Shown: positions 46,906 through 59,533 of the stretch, in pieces
How positions within the stretch are numbered: position 1 is the stretch's first letter
Layout of the letters: each line of letters begins with the position of its first letter
Assembly (NCBI GenBank): GCA_963753975.1
Contig: CAVWEH010000002.1
Span: 608,001 to 672,000 of the forward strand
Reading direction: 5' to 3'
DNA from: an uncultured delta proteobacterium
GTDB taxonomy: Bacteria; Desulfobacterota; Syntrophia; Syntrophales; Smithellaceae
Length of the DNA stretch: 64,000 nt
Program-made: the position numbers and the translations under genes
Notes under the pieces: model-generated
The model's database searches: none
What the model saw: only the letters and a program-made list of their open reading frames with translations
What the model was told of the DNA's origin: nothing

Positions 46906-49006
46906 TCAGCTCTCCAATAAAGCAATCATCTTGCTTATGCTATTGGTGGGCAATTGGCAGGAGTAATTGGAACAGACATAAGCAGTAGCTTTGCCGCCGA
47001 TGTTTGATTGTGCCTCTAAAAAAGGTGCAATTCTTTCTATGTCCGGAAGAATCTCGGTGGCCGGCCGAAAAAGAACCACCTTATTGGGCACAAAAACAGC
47101 TCTCAACGCCTTCACCATATCCTGCGTATCCTGCTTCTTCGGGTCTCCGGCAATGACCACTTCATATGCTGGCCCAAGAGCAAAATCGAACGCTACAAGA
47201 AGCTGTGTATATGCGACCGGAAACTGGACGACTTTGGCGGAGAATATTTTCCCGATTGCGGCAGACCTACCTTCTAATTCGGTGTTTCCGGTTATCCGTG
47301 CCAGACGAAGAAGATTAAGCATGGAGACGGAATTGCCCGAAGGTACTGCACCATCGTATGCCTCTTTCTGACTAATCAGCAGTTTTTCACCGTCGTCCGG
47401 TGTAAAGTAAAATCCGCCATCTTTTTCATCCCAGAAATGATCCAGGAGATGTTTGTTCAATATGAGGGCAGTATCAAGATGGCCTGTTTCAAATGTAGCT
47501 TCGTAAAGTTCGATGAGGGCCCAGATGATAAATGCGTAATCATCTACTGTTGCCGGAATGGATGCAATACCATCCCGAAAACGGTGTAAGAGTCTTCCAT
47601 CAGAGGTGCGCATGCGGTTAAGAATAAAATCGATTGCCCGACGAGCGGCCTCAGCAAAAACAGGTTCATTAAACACCTGTGCCCCTCGCGCCAAAGCGGC
47701 AACCATAAGGCCGTTCCAATCGGTCAGAATCTTATCATCTTTGAATGGATGTATGCGCTTATCTCTCTCCGCCAAGAGTTTTTTTCTAATTTCGTTTAAT
47801 TGTTCGGTTAATTCCTCTTCAGGAATATTCAACTGCTGGACAGTTTTATGGAGCGGACTTTTGAGATGTGGAATAAAGTGTCCGGCTAGTTCCGGTTCCG
47901 AGATAATACTTGCGGCGGCATAATTTTCAGCTTTAAAAACAGCTAAAAACAAATCGGCATCTTCTTTTTTTAGAATAGCGCGAATCTTTTCTTCCGTCCA
48001 AAGATAGAACTTGCCTTCCACCCCTTCGCTGTCGGCATCTTCTGCGGAGTAAAAACCTCCATTCAGTGTCCGTCATATCACGCAATACATAAGTAAATAT
48101 TTCCCGGACCGTATTTTCGTATTCTTTCTTCCCCGTCGCCTGATACGCCTCAACGTAAGCCATGGCCATGAGGGCCTGATCATAGAGCATCTTCTCGAAG
48201 TGCGGCACGAGCCATTTTGCATCTGTTGAATATCGATGAAAGCCGAATCCAATCTGGTCATAAATACCTCCCCGGCGCATATGCTGAAGAGTCTCTTCCA
48301 CCATTTTTAGCGCTGCGGATTCATTCTTTCTTTTCCAGTATCTCATTAGAAAATAAAGGTTGTGCGGTGTCGGAAACTTGGGTGCATTGCCAAAGCCTCC
48401 GTAACGCCGGTCAAAACTATGGACAAAAGCTTCAAAAGCTTTGTCTAAAGTCTCTTTTCCAAGATTCTGGGCTGGCGCTTTTATGTTCAATGTTTTTAGC
48501 CCGCGGGTAATATCATCGGCTGCTTTTACTGCTTCCTCACGGTGGGTAGTCCATACTTTTCTAATCTGGGGAATCAAGTCCAGCATTCCAATTCTTCCGT
48601 ACATTGTCTCTCGGGGAATATATGTAGCGGCAAAAAAAGGCTTTTTATCGGGCGTCATCAATATCGTCAGGGGCCAACCGCCGCTATGTGTCATCAGCTG
48701 ACAGACTGTCATATAGATGTTGTCGATATCGGGACGTTCCTCACGATCTACCTTGATGCAGACGAACACATCGTTCAGCATTTGCGCCACTTTTTCATCG
48801 GCGAAAGATTCATGCTCCATGACATGACACCAGTGGCAGGTGGAATAACCAATGGAAAGAAAAATCGGTTTGTCCGCCCTACGGGATTTTTCGAAGGCTT
48901 CCTCGCCCCAGGGATACCAATCAACAGGGTTTTGCGCATGCTGAAGAAGGTAGGGGCTTTTTTCATTCTTTAAGCGATTTTGCTTCATGACGCTTTCATT
49001 TTTCAT
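46906..49006 (-). CDS. Thioredoxin-domain / six-hairpin protein, YyaL (SSP411) family (apparent +1 frameshift near 48062)
   Basis: [36 protein letters not shown]; joined [33 protein letters not shown]. Confidence 0.9.
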
Positions 49007-49062
49007 TCAGCGCGCCGTCATTGTGGAAAAAGTTTTTGACTTGCTGTTAAAAAAGTTCTCTA

Positions 49063-50022
49063 CTAACGAATCTGTTCCGCGACAGCCTTCATACCGGCTT
49101 TATCCGAGATAAGAGTGATATGGCCGACATCCGGCACTATGATTATTTCTGCGTGCGGCTGAGAAGATGCGAATACCGGCAGATATTTCTGCGGATAAAA
49201 CAATTCATCATTTTTCCCTACCATTACGGTAAGGGGCTGCTTCGCGTTTTGCATATCAACTTGATAATTGTAATGAGGCCCAAAGTTACTCCAAAGCCTG
49301 TATGAATAAGTCGCGGTTTGATACTGGGCTGTTTTAGGATCGATGGCAAAAGCGAGTACAGGTAAATGACCGAACCATTTTTCGCCGATAGGACCAAGCA
49401 GGGAAAGGCCGATGATCCGCGGAACGCTGGCATCGGCCCACTCACTGTTATTAGGCCTTGTGGTTGGCGCATCGTACCGTAAAAATGGGGCCAAGAGCAA
49501 GTAGCTGGCAAACAACTTCTGCCGGCTGCTTCCGGCAAACCGCAAGGCAAAACCGCCGCCCGCCGAAAATCCAACCAGTGTTGCATCCTGCTTGCCTTTT
49601 AATGCCTGATTAACGAAGTCTTCGAGATCATCTTCGAGTTGACCAACGTAAGCGATATCCCCTTTGCTACCCGAATCGCCGTGACCGCGTATATCAGGTA
49701 CGTACACTGCCATCCCTTGTCCCTGCAAATATCCGGCAAGAGCATGCATGCTTCTACTTGCTCCTGATGAGCCATGTATCAACACTATTGTGTGTTTGGC
49801 TTGAAGCGCAATATAAGCACGATAAGCGAGCTGAGTTCCGTCACGAGCGGTATAGTGGCTGAGCGGCGGCAGATGGGAAAAGTCCATGCTGCGAAACGGT
49901 GCGGCGATTAATTCCATAGTTGGCGGGGACTTGGGTGAAGATAAGGCAATAGCAGCCGCAATCCCCGCACAGATTATAATTATAATACCTATTACTAAAC
50001 ATACCCATGTTGCTATTTTCAT
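49063..50022 (-). CDS. Membrane-anchored alpha/beta hydrolase
   Basis: N-terminal TM helix, HGS, RGHG, GFSAG nucleophile elbow, D and GH triad residues. Confidence 0.85.
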   Translation of the reverse strand: MKIATWVCLVIGIIIIICAGIAAAIALSSPKSPPTMELIAAPFRSMDFSHLPPLSHYTARDGTQLAYRAYIALQAKHTIVLIHGSSGASRSMHALAGYLQGQGMAVYVPDIRGHGDSGSKGDIAYVGQLEDDLEDFVNQALKGKQDATLVGFSAGGGFALRFAGSSRQKLFASYLLLAPFLRYDAPTTRPNNSEWADASVPRIIGLSLLGPIGEKWFGHLPVLAFAIDPKTAQYQTATYSYRLWSNFGPHYNYQVDMQNAKQPLTVMVGKNDELFYPQKYLPVFASSQPHAEIIIVPDVGHITLISDKAGMKAVAEQIR

Positions 50023-50282
50023 TTTTTACCGGGCCTCCTCCATTTGTTTTTCACCTGCCGCACCTTTAATTACAATAGCCGCGGTGTTGTCGGAAAAAAT
50101 TCATATCGAACTTAACTTATCAATCTAATTATTGCAATTATTTTATAAAAATACGTATTGGAGAACGAATACCCCTACTTTATGATTTTTTCTAATTGAC
50201 AATTAAGACGGGGTTTATTATGGGAAAAGCGTATTTTAAGATTAACATCATCCTTAAAGAATCACACAAAAGGAGGTTACGC

Positions 50283-50615
50283 ATGAAAACAATCCGTCAT
50301 CTCGCAGCTTACCTATTATTGCTTACAGGCATACTGCATGTGCCCCCAATAATCAAAAATCCCTCGGACCCCAACGCCCTTCCCATGCTGGTGTTTGGAA
50401 TTGTGTATTTTACCATTGGTGTTCTTCTTTACCTCGACATTAAGTACTCAAAATATCTGGGACTGATCTTCCCGCTCATTGGACTGGCGACAGGCTTTGG
50501 TGTTGTCGGCATAAAAAACTGGACTGCCATGCTTACATTTCTTTTTGCTATTGATGCTGTAGTAGCGATATGTTGTGTTCTGCTTATCCTCAAAACAAGT
50601 GAAAGCCTAGGCTAA
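50283..50615 (+). CDS. Small 4-TM membrane protein
   Basis: AGGAGG SD before ATG 50283; four hydrophobic helices. Confidence 0.7.
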   Translation: MKTIRHLAAYLLLLTGILHVPPIIKNPSDPNALPMLVFGIVYFTIGVLLYLDIKYSKYLGLIFPLIGLATGFGVVGIKNWTAMLTFLFAIDAVVAICCVLLILKTSESLG

Positions 50616-50705
50616 CCAATAGCCTTCGATTTATTCTAATATCAAAGAGTTCAAACAGTAATCAATTTTTTTTGCTGGTCCCAGCAAATTGAAGGAGGCG
50701 GCATT

Positions 50706-50975
50706 ATGACACAGTCGAGAATATTTTTCCTTGTTTCGTGTTTTATCGTGACCTTGTATTTTTTAATTTTCTCTTTTTCTAACATCTCTATAGCGGAACA
50801 AACACGTATAGAAAATTGTATTAATTGTTGCACCAGCAAAGAGCAATCCTGTTTTAATATAAATCCAGATAGGAGACTATGTGATGTCGAATTTCAAAAC
50901 TGCGTTGCCACTTGCAATTCGGAAGGCAATTCCCCTTCATCGTGGGATGATTGTTGGTCTCAGTCCGGCGAATAA
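50706..50975 (+). CDS. Small exported Cys-rich protein
   Basis: GGAGG SD, signal peptide, 8 Cys in the mature region. Confidence 0.65.
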   Translation: MTQSRIFFLVSCFIVTLYFLIFSFSNISIAEQTRIENCINCCTSKEQSCFNINPDRRLCDVEFQNCVATCNSEGNSPSSWDDCWSQSGE

Positions 50976-51174
50976 TCAAATATGAATTAATTACATGGAC
51001 AGTGAAATTGAACATTCTGAACGTAATCTTCAACCTTGCTGGATCAAATATAAGTTAAGCGTTTGTAAATGAAAGCGATAGTCGAGACGAGACTTAATTT
51101 GACAGTGTTTCGAAAGTCAAATATAGTTCAGGACAATTAGTACGTGTAGTATGCGACTTTCTTCGAAGTCGCCT

Positions 51175-51876
51175 TTACTTGCGGTCTTTGATCAGCATTG
51201 TCGCCGGATCAAGGAACAAGACCTTTTTCGCGGAATCGGCCGACTTTCCTTTCAGAACTTTAATATAGACTTCATCAGCCTGCGCCGCCAGTTGCACAAT
51301 AACTTCGAATAAATCGGCTATATGTAAAAAAGAACGCGGTAGATCGTTTTCCGCGCGTTCTTCATGCCGGTGCGCGTGGACGGTAAACCAAATTCTTATC
51401 GAATATTTCTTGGCCAGTTCCTTTAAATGCAAAAGCGGCCCGCGTCCCGATTCATCAAACTTTAATCCGTCAATAATCAAAGTATGCGGCTTAAAAATAT
51501 TCTGTTCCATTAGCTCGGTTAAGCGCTCTTCGAGCCTGGGCACACTGAAGCTTTCCACTTTAAAGATCATGATAAAACGATGCGGCTGAATATTTTCCCA
51601 ATAATCCTTGATTTCCGTCGCACTGAAACTTGCCGCGATATTCTGAAACAGCTCCTGATACCATACATCGACTTTGCTTACAGCGTCGTGAAGGCTTACA
51701 TGCAATACATTTTTTTCCCTGATCATAGTGTTTAGCGCCATTTGCACCAAGAGAGCGGTCTTCCCCACCCCGGCATGCGCAATGACGGCACCAAAACCTC
51801 CATCCGGCAAGATGTCTTCATTTTGATAGCCAATATTGGTCAGTGGATTACGGTAGACGATTTCCTTTTTCAGCAT
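51175..51876 (-). CDS. RecA/KaiC-like P-loop ATPase
   Basis: GAGG SD before ATG 51876; AHAGVGKT, LHVS, LIIDG. Confidence 0.8.
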   Translation of the reverse strand: MLKKEIVYRNPLTNIGYQNEDILPDGGFGAVIAHAGVGKTALLVQMALNTMIREKNVLHVSLHDAVSKVDVWYQELFQNIAASFSATEIKDYWENIQPHRFIMIFKVESFSVPRLEERLTELMEQNIFKPHTLIIDGLKFDESGRGPLLHLKELAKKYSIRIWFTVHAHRHEERAENDLPRSFLHIADLFEVIVQLAAQADEVYIKVLKGKSADSAKKVLFLDPATMLIKDRK

Positions 51877-51958
51877 GATAATATCCTCATAAGTTAAATG
51901 GATGATATTTTCTTCACGGTTTAACGCACTGGTGTTTTTGGACATCTTTTTTAAAGTA

Positions 51959-54047
<2,089 letters not shown>

Positions 54048-54095
54048 TTATCTTTTCCCTTTTTTCAAAAAAATCTTCCTTTCTAATAATTACTA

Positions 54096-54236
54096 AAATT
54101 GAGTCTCATTATCCACATACGCTTCAAACTGCGCTACGCTCGCTGTGGTGTCATTATCCCGCTTCGTACTACTCGCGGGATTAATTCGACTTGCGAACAT
54201 TGCCACGCTGCACTCGCAATGTCCGCGTCTCATTAA
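54096..54236 (+). repeat. Array of hairpin modules of the intergenic element, lying in the fusA 5' region
   Basis: GAGTCTCATTA, TCCCGC...GCGGGA, TTAATTCGACTTGC[GAACATTGC..GCAATGTCC]GCGTCTCATTAA. Confidence 0.8.
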
Positions 54237-54276
54237 AAAAAACCCCTCATTTGGAAGAGTCTCTGCCAGATGGGGG
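54235..54276 (-). terminator. Intrinsic terminator/attenuator upstream of fusA
   Basis: Minus strand CCCCCATCTGG-loop-CCAAATGAGGGG followed by T8. Confidence 0.65.
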
Positions 54277-54315
54277 ATCCACCATAAACGAGTCTTAACC
54301 TTTGTAAGGAGAGCG

Positions 54316-54344
54316 CTTATATATGTTACACTGCAATATGTCAA
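54316..54344 (-). promoter_or_regulatory. Sigma70 promoter directed toward fusA
   Basis: Minus strand TTGACA-N17-TATAAG. Confidence 0.65.
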
Positions 54345-54427
54345 GTTAATATTTATTTTCTGCTACTTCATTGTCGCTACTTCGGTGAAGTCTAATTGCG
54401 GTGATTTGTAATAAGAAAATTGGAACA

Positions 54428-54452
54428 GTAGGGGCCAGTTTCAAACTGACCC
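54428..54452 (+). repeat. GTAG-type REP-like palindrome
   Basis: GTAG followed by GGGCCAGTTT-C-AAACTGACCC. Confidence 0.45.
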
Positions 54453-54532
54453 ACGACCTTTTTACACTATCAACTTGACAGAACTTAGGGAATACATATA
54501 TTTATAATTAAATAAACCAAAGGAGCAGAAAA

Positions 54533-54784
54533 ATGCCCCAGAGAGTTAAAATGTTTACATTGAGCACATGTAGTCATTGTAAAGCAGCAAAGAAATTCAT
54601 GAACGATAACGGCATTACCTATGATTGCACTGATGTTGATTTGCTTCAAGGCGCCGAAAAGGAAAATATTTTACGGGAAGTTATGAAATATAATCCTAAT
54701 AAATCTTTTCCTACTATTATCATTGGCGATAAAATAATTGTCGGCTATAGAGAAAGTGATATCAGGGAAGCATTAGGTCTTTAA
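54533..54784 (+). CDS. Glutaredoxin-like (NrdH-type) protein
   Basis: TCSHC, SFPTIII, IVGY. Confidence 0.88.
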   Translation: MPQRVKMFTLSTCSHCKAAKKFMNDNGITYDCTDVDLLQGAEKENILREVMKYNPNKSFPTIIIGDKIIVGYRESDIREALGL

Positions 54785-55116
54785 TGACTGCCGACGAACT
54801 TTATGACATCTTAAAAAAGGTTCAAGAGCCCAAAGGCTATTTCTTCAATAAAGATAAAGACCGGGTCTTGGATATTTTGCGTGACCTCTTGGTCAATAAA
54901 GAACGCTATGGTTACATGTCCTGTCCTTGCCGTCTGGCTGCCGGAGATCGCGAAAAAGATCGGGATATTATCTGTCCTTGCTATTACCGTCAAGAAGACG
55001 TCAAAGAATACGGAAGTTGTTATTGCAACTTATACGTTTCCCGGGAATGGAATGACGGTAAAATCAAAAATAAATACGTGCCGGAAAGAAGACCAGCCGA
55101 AAAAATTAGTTTTTAG
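54784..55116 (+). CDS. Ferredoxin:thioredoxin reductase catalytic subunit
   Basis: CPCR, CPC, CYC motifs; translationally coupled (TAATG) to the glutaredoxin. Confidence 0.9.
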   Translation: MTADELYDILKKVQEPKGYFFNKDKDRVLDILRDLLVNKERYGYMSCPCRLAAGDREKDRDIICPCYYRQEDVKEYGSCYCNLYVSREWNDGKIKNKYVPERRPAEKISF

Positions 55117-55278
55117 CCATTTGCTTTTGAACGGCAATATGCAAATTTTTTTGCAATTTTTCTTGATTTCTAAGAATTAATCATTATCCTTATTCAGGAT
55201 AAATATTTATATTGGCAAAAACAAATAAAGAAAAATAGATTTGGCAAACCTATTGAATACCAATGAGGGGTTAACTTC

Positions 55279-55563
55279 ATGATCAATATTTATAAGTGTA
55301 AGAAAAGAATGACTCTAATAGGCGAGGTATGCACTGACGGTACTTGCGAATGGCGCTTAAAAAACGAGACTTTTTTAAACTGCACATGGGTTGCCTGTAA
55401 TTATGGGCCGTTTACATTGGAGGAAGTAGGTGACATGATGGGAGTGACCCGTGAAAGAATCAGGCAAATCGAAGCAAAAGCTTTAAAGAAACTCCAACAC
55501 AAAAAGAGGAGAGATCAGCTAAAAGATTTTGCCGCACCGGGAAATGACTGGGATAATATATAG
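55279..55563 (+). CDS. Stand-alone sigma70 region-4 protein with a Cys-rich N-terminus
   Basis: TLEEVG...[18 protein letters not shown]; five Cys in the first 40 aa. Confidence 0.8.
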   Translation: MINIYKCKKRMTLIGEVCTDGTCEWRLKNETFLNCTWVACNYGPFTLEEVGDMMGVTRERIRQIEAKALKKLQHKKRRDQLKDFAAPGNDWDNI

Positions 55564-55574
55564 ATTAATGTTAT

Positions 55575-55679
55575 TGCTCCCGCTTAGTTACACTCACGGG
55601 ACAAATTTCAACGTGTGACTTCGTGTGACGTTCAGGTTATTAGGTTATGCGCTTCGTTTTTGAAATTCGAGTCTCATTA
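55575..55679 (+). repeat. Degenerate copy of the modular element
   Basis: TCCCGCTTAG...CGGGA-CAAATTTCA...TGAAATTCGAGTCTCATTA. Confidence 0.65.
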
Positions 55680-56453
55680 TTATTTTTGTTTTTTCTTGCG
55701 TGATTTTTCCAAAGACAACATTTCGTTCATTTGAACTTTGCGTTCATCACGGGCAAAGAGCAACGCGCATATCGACGATTCAATATCCAGTGCAGCCATC
55801 TTATCCATGCGCGGCACAATAGAACAAAGATTTTTTAATTCTTCGATGGCCTTCGCCGAACGTTTCGCTAACATTTCAGCCATGCTTTCCGCCACCTGCA
55901 TAAACTTCTCCGGGGGTGCAACTTTATTGACCAAACCGATTTTTAACGCTTCATTAGCACCAATAGGTTCACCCAGCATTACTATTTCTTTTGCTTTGGT
56001 TATACCGACAATTTGACTCAGGGGATAAAAAAAGGGGTTAAATCCAAATTTTAACTCCGGATGACAAAAAATAGCGCTCTCAGAGGCTACGACAAGGTCA
56101 CAAATAGTCACCAAATTAAAACCGCCGCCTAAGGCAATACCTCCTACAGCCGCGATTACCGGTTTTTTACACGAATATATCTTTTTCAAATACTTCATCA
56201 TTGATAAAAGAAATTCATCACCTTCCTCACTGGAGAGGCTAGACATTTCTTTTATGTCCATGCCTGCTGAAAAAACATATTCTCCACCGGTAAGAATTAT
56301 AACTCTAATTTCAGAGTCACCCTCCAAAGCGACAAAAACCGCATACAATTCCTGGCGCATTTCTTTGGAAATTGCGTTCATCTCATGGGGACGGTTTAAT
56401 TTAACGATAGCGTAACCATTTTTCTTTTCGATAATTATTGTTTTATAGTTCAT
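55680..56453 (-). CDS. Enoyl-CoA hydratase/isomerase family protein
   Basis: LNRP..MNA, FSAGMDI, KPVIAAVGG.ALGGG, PE. Confidence 0.9.
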   Translation of the reverse strand: MNYKTIIIEKKNGYAIVKLNRPHEMNAISKEMRQELYAVFVALEGDSEIRVIILTGGEYVFSAGMDIKEMSSLSSEEGDEFLLSMMKYLKKIYSCKKPVIAAVGGIALGGGFNLVTICDLVVASESAIFCHPELKFGFNPFFYPLSQIVGITKAKEIVMLGEPIGANEALKIGLVNKVAPPEKFMQVAESMAEMLAKRSAKAIEELKNLCSIVPRMDKMAALDIESSICALLFARDERKVQMNEMLSLEKSRKKKQK

Positions 56454-56743
56454 CTCTTTTTATTTACCATCTCGCGCAGTTCTTTCCCCGTTTTGAAAAA
56501 TGGAACTTTTCTTTTTTCCAGTTTTACTTCGACGCCTGATTTTGGATTTCGTCCGAGACGCGGTTTTCTCTCTCTAATTGTAAAATTGCCAAAACCCCTT
56601 ATTTCAATACGCTCGCCATGTTTTATTGCTTTGATCATCGAATCAAATATTATGTTTACGGCGTAAGCCACATCTTTATATGAATAAGCTTTCAAATTCT
56701 CCTGCACTTCTTTGATTAAATCATTTTTGGTCATAACTTTCAC
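56450..56743 (-). CDS. ihfB: Integration host factor beta subunit
   Basis: IEIRGFGNF, GRNPKSG, PFFKTGKELRE.VN; follows rpsA-sppA. Confidence 0.88.
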   Translation of the reverse strand: MKVMTKNDLIKEVQENLKAYSYKDVAYAVNIIFDSMIKAIKHGERIEIRGFGNFTIRERKPRLGRNPKSGVEVKLEKRKVPFFKTGKELREMVNKKR

Positions 56744-56746
56744 CGT

Positions 56747-57655
56747 TTATCTGTAAGGATAATATAAATAACTCACTCCGCTCCAACTTTCTATTCTTTC
56801 TTTCAGGGATTCGTTCAGTTGATTGGCCGCACTTTCCATTAAATAATCAAAGATTGATGCGCGCTTTTTGACGGGGTAAACCAAATCATATTTTCCATCT
56901 TTTCCCGCTAACTTACTGGCCAGTTTTGCCGCAAAACTCATATCCCCAAGATAATCTACCAGCCCATATTCTTTTGCCTTACGGCCTGTAAATACGCGGC
57001 CATCGGCAATTTGTATAACTTTAGCATGAGAAATCTTTCTTTCCCGCGCCACTACATCAACAAACTGATTATAAATGTCATCAACCAAATCTTGGATAAT
57101 TTTTTTCTCCTCGGGAGTCATATCTCTCAGCGGCGAACCGATGTCTTTAAACTTACCGCTCTTAACTACCGAGGATTTCAAACCGATTTTTTTGAGCAAT
57201 CCCTCGATATTGGCAAATTGCATAATTGCCGAAATACTGCCGGTGATGGTGCCCGGATTAGCCACAATTTTATCTGCTCCGCAAGCCACGAGCAATCCAC
57301 CCGATGCGGCAATTGAGCCCATAGATGCTACCACCTTCTTCTTTTTCTTTAATTCTAAAACAGCATCGTAAATTTCTTGAGACGCGGCCACCCCTCCGCC
57401 GGGAGAATCGACCCGCAAGATAACGGCAATAATGGAATCGTCTTTGCCAAACTCGTCTAACTGCTCCGTTATTTTTATGGAATCATAAATGGGACCATCT
57501 ACACTGACAACCCCAATTTTGTCACTCAAAGAAAAACCTTCACTTTTACTTGAATGTGAACCAACTTTATAGAAAAAAACATAAAACAAAATCCCTATGG
57601 CCAGAAGTATAATTACTCCCCAGATCGCCGGATGTTTTCTCATGTTTTTATTCAC
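56747..57655 (-). CDS. sppA: Signal peptide peptidase (S49)
   Basis: DSPGGGV, AASGG, TGSI, SGKFKD, DGRVFTG. Confidence 0.9.
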   Translation of the reverse strand: MNKNMRKHPAIWGVIILLAIGILFYVFFYKVGSHSSKSEGFSLSDKIGVVSVDGPIYDSIKITEQLDEFGKDDSIIAVILRVDSPGGGVAASQEIYDAVLELKKKKKVVASMGSIAASGGLLVACGADKIVANPGTITGSISAIMQFANIEGLLKKIGLKSSVVKSGKFKDIGSPLRDMTPEEKKIIQDLVDDIYNQFVDVVARERKISHAKVIQIADGRVFTGRKAKEYGLVDYLGDMSFAAKLASKLAGKDGKYDLVYPVKKRASIFDYLMESAANQLNESLKERIESWSGVSYLYYPYR

Positions 57656-59417
57656 CTTTTTGATTATTAATCTTTACGTCGGCCAGGGCTTGACCTAAAT
57701 TGGATCCAATATTTTCCTGATTGTTTATGTATTGATTGGATGCCGGAGATGGTGCCGGAGCCTCCATTTCTTTTATGCTTAATCTAATTTTCTTGGCTCT
57801 AGGATCAATACTCTTCACTATGGCCGATACCGTGTCACCGATCGCATAAAGCTCCGATGAAGTCTTGACGCGTTTTTGGCTGATTTCGGAAATATGGACA
57901 AGACCTTCGATTCCTTCTTCAATCTCCACAAAGATTCCAAAATCCGTGAAGTTGGTTATTTTGCCTGTTACAACGCTGCCGGGAAGATACTTTTGAGATA
58001 ATTCATCCCAAGGGTTTTTCTCAATTTGTTTTATGCCCAGCGAAAATTTCTCGTTATCCACATCCACATTTAAAACTACGGCTTCAACTTCCTGCCCTTT
58101 TTTAAAATATTCGGAGGGGTGAGTTACCCTGTGCTTCCATGAAATATCCGATACATGTACCAGTCCGTCAATGCCCTCTTCGATTCCTACAAAGACTCCG
58201 AAATTAGTAATGTTTCTGACTACGCCTTTAACGGTTGTCCCTACTGGATATTTCTCTTTTAGTTTTTCCCAGGGATTTGGCGCCGTTTGCTTCAAGCTTA
58301 AAGAAATTCTCTTGGATTCCGGATTTACTTCCAAGACTATAACTTTTATTGTTTCGCCGATATTCAATACTTTGGAAGGATGTTTTATTTCTCGGGTCCA
58401 GTACATTTCGGATATATGGACTAATCCTTCGACGCCCGGTTCCAATTCCACAAAAACTCCATAATCAGTCAAATTGACGACTTTGCCTTCGATAATTAAA
58501 CCAACCGGATATTTTTTCAGAATTTGCTCCCATGGATTATCCGTTAACTGCTTTAAACCCAAAGAAACTCTCTCTTTCTCGCGATCAAAAGAAAGAACCC
58601 GGACGGTAATCTTCTCTCCTTTATGAAAACTTTCCGCAGGCTTGGCTATTCTGCCCCAGGAAATATCCGTAACATGAAGCAGTCCGTCAATGCCTCCCAA
58701 ATCAATAAAAATACCGTAATCGGTAATATTTTTTATCACACCTTCCACAATGTTTCCTTCTTGGATAGAACTCAAAATATCTTTCTTTTCCGTCTCTCTC
58801 TGCGAAGCTACAATTGGACGGCGCGACAAAACTACATTACTCCGTTTTCGGTCATATTTTAAAACTTTGAAATCCAAGGTTTTGCCGACAAACTTATCTA
58901 AATCTTTAATTGGACGGGTATCAACCTGAGAACCGGGAAGGAAGGCGATAATTCCAATATCAACCGAAAGGCCTCCTTTAACTTTTTCGACGACAGTGCC
59001 CTTGATGGAAATATTATTTTCGCAAGCTTTTTTAATTTCATCCCAGACTTTGAGTTTGGCTGCTTTATTTTTTGATAAGATTAAATTGCCGTCTGAATCT
59101 CTTTTATCAATAAATACTTCTATATCATCGCCAACGGAAAGATGAATATTTCCCTGGGCATCTTTCAGCTCCCCTATGGGAATAAAACCTTCGGTCTTCC
59201 AACCGACATCGACCATAACCGTATCGGCCGTGATTTGCACGACTTTACCCCTGGCAATATCTCCATATTGCAGTTGGTTAAGACTTTGCTCATAGAGTTC
59301 CTTGAATCCTAAATCATCTTCTTTAGGTTGAGATGGTGGACTAACCGAACCTTTAGCCGAAGAGTCTGCTTGAACCTCCTTTTTTTCTGTTAAGTTTAAG
59401 TTATTATTGTTAACCAT
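57648..59417 (-). CDS. rpsA: 30S ribosomal protein S1
   Basis: Six S1 repeats (AFLPGSQVD, GLLHVTDISW, GLVHISE, ISLSLKQ). Confidence 0.97.
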   Translation of the reverse strand: MVNNNNLNLTEKKEVQADSSAKGSVSPPSQPKEDDLGFKELYEQSLNQLQYGDIARGKVVQITADTVMVDVGWKTEGFIPIGELKDAQGNIHLSVGDDIEVFIDKRDSDGNLILSKNKAAKLKVWDEIKKACENNISIKGTVVEKVKGGLSVDIGIIAFLPGSQVDTRPIKDLDKFVGKTLDFKVLKYDRKRSNVVLSRRPIVASQRETEKKDILSSIQEGNIVEGVIKNITDYGIFIDLGGIDGLLHVTDISWGRIAKPAESFHKGEKITVRVLSFDREKERVSLGLKQLTDNPWEQILKKYPVGLIIEGKVVNLTDYGVFVELEPGVEGLVHISEMYWTREIKHPSKVLNIGETIKVIVLEVNPESKRISLSLKQTAPNPWEKLKEKYPVGTTVKGVVRNITNFGVFVGIEEGIDGLVHVSDISWKHRVTHPSEYFKKGQEVEAVVLNVDVDNEKFSLGIKQIEKNPWDELSQKYLPGSVVTGKITNFTDFGIFVEIEEGIEGLVHISEISQKRVKTSSELYAIGDTVSAIVKSIDPRAKKIRLSIKEMEAPAPSPASNQYINNQENIGSNLGQALADVKINNQKGE

Positions 59418-59533
59418 TAAACCGACACCCCCTAATTTTTATAAAGCTCTGTAAGTATTAAAATTTAACATACTCAATATTAAATAGCAACATAAATCCA
59501 GTGCATTCCCAAGCTCTGCAGTCTATATCCGGT

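Noticed and set aside
51080..51175. Possible further degenerate hairpin module (TTTGAC..GTCAAA flanked by GAGACT)
   Set aside because: Too diverged to assign with confidence; a covariance model search could rescue it.
54093..54411. ORFs 54093-54344 (-) and 54145-54411 (+)
   Set aside because: They run through repeat, terminator and promoter DNA; likely spurious.
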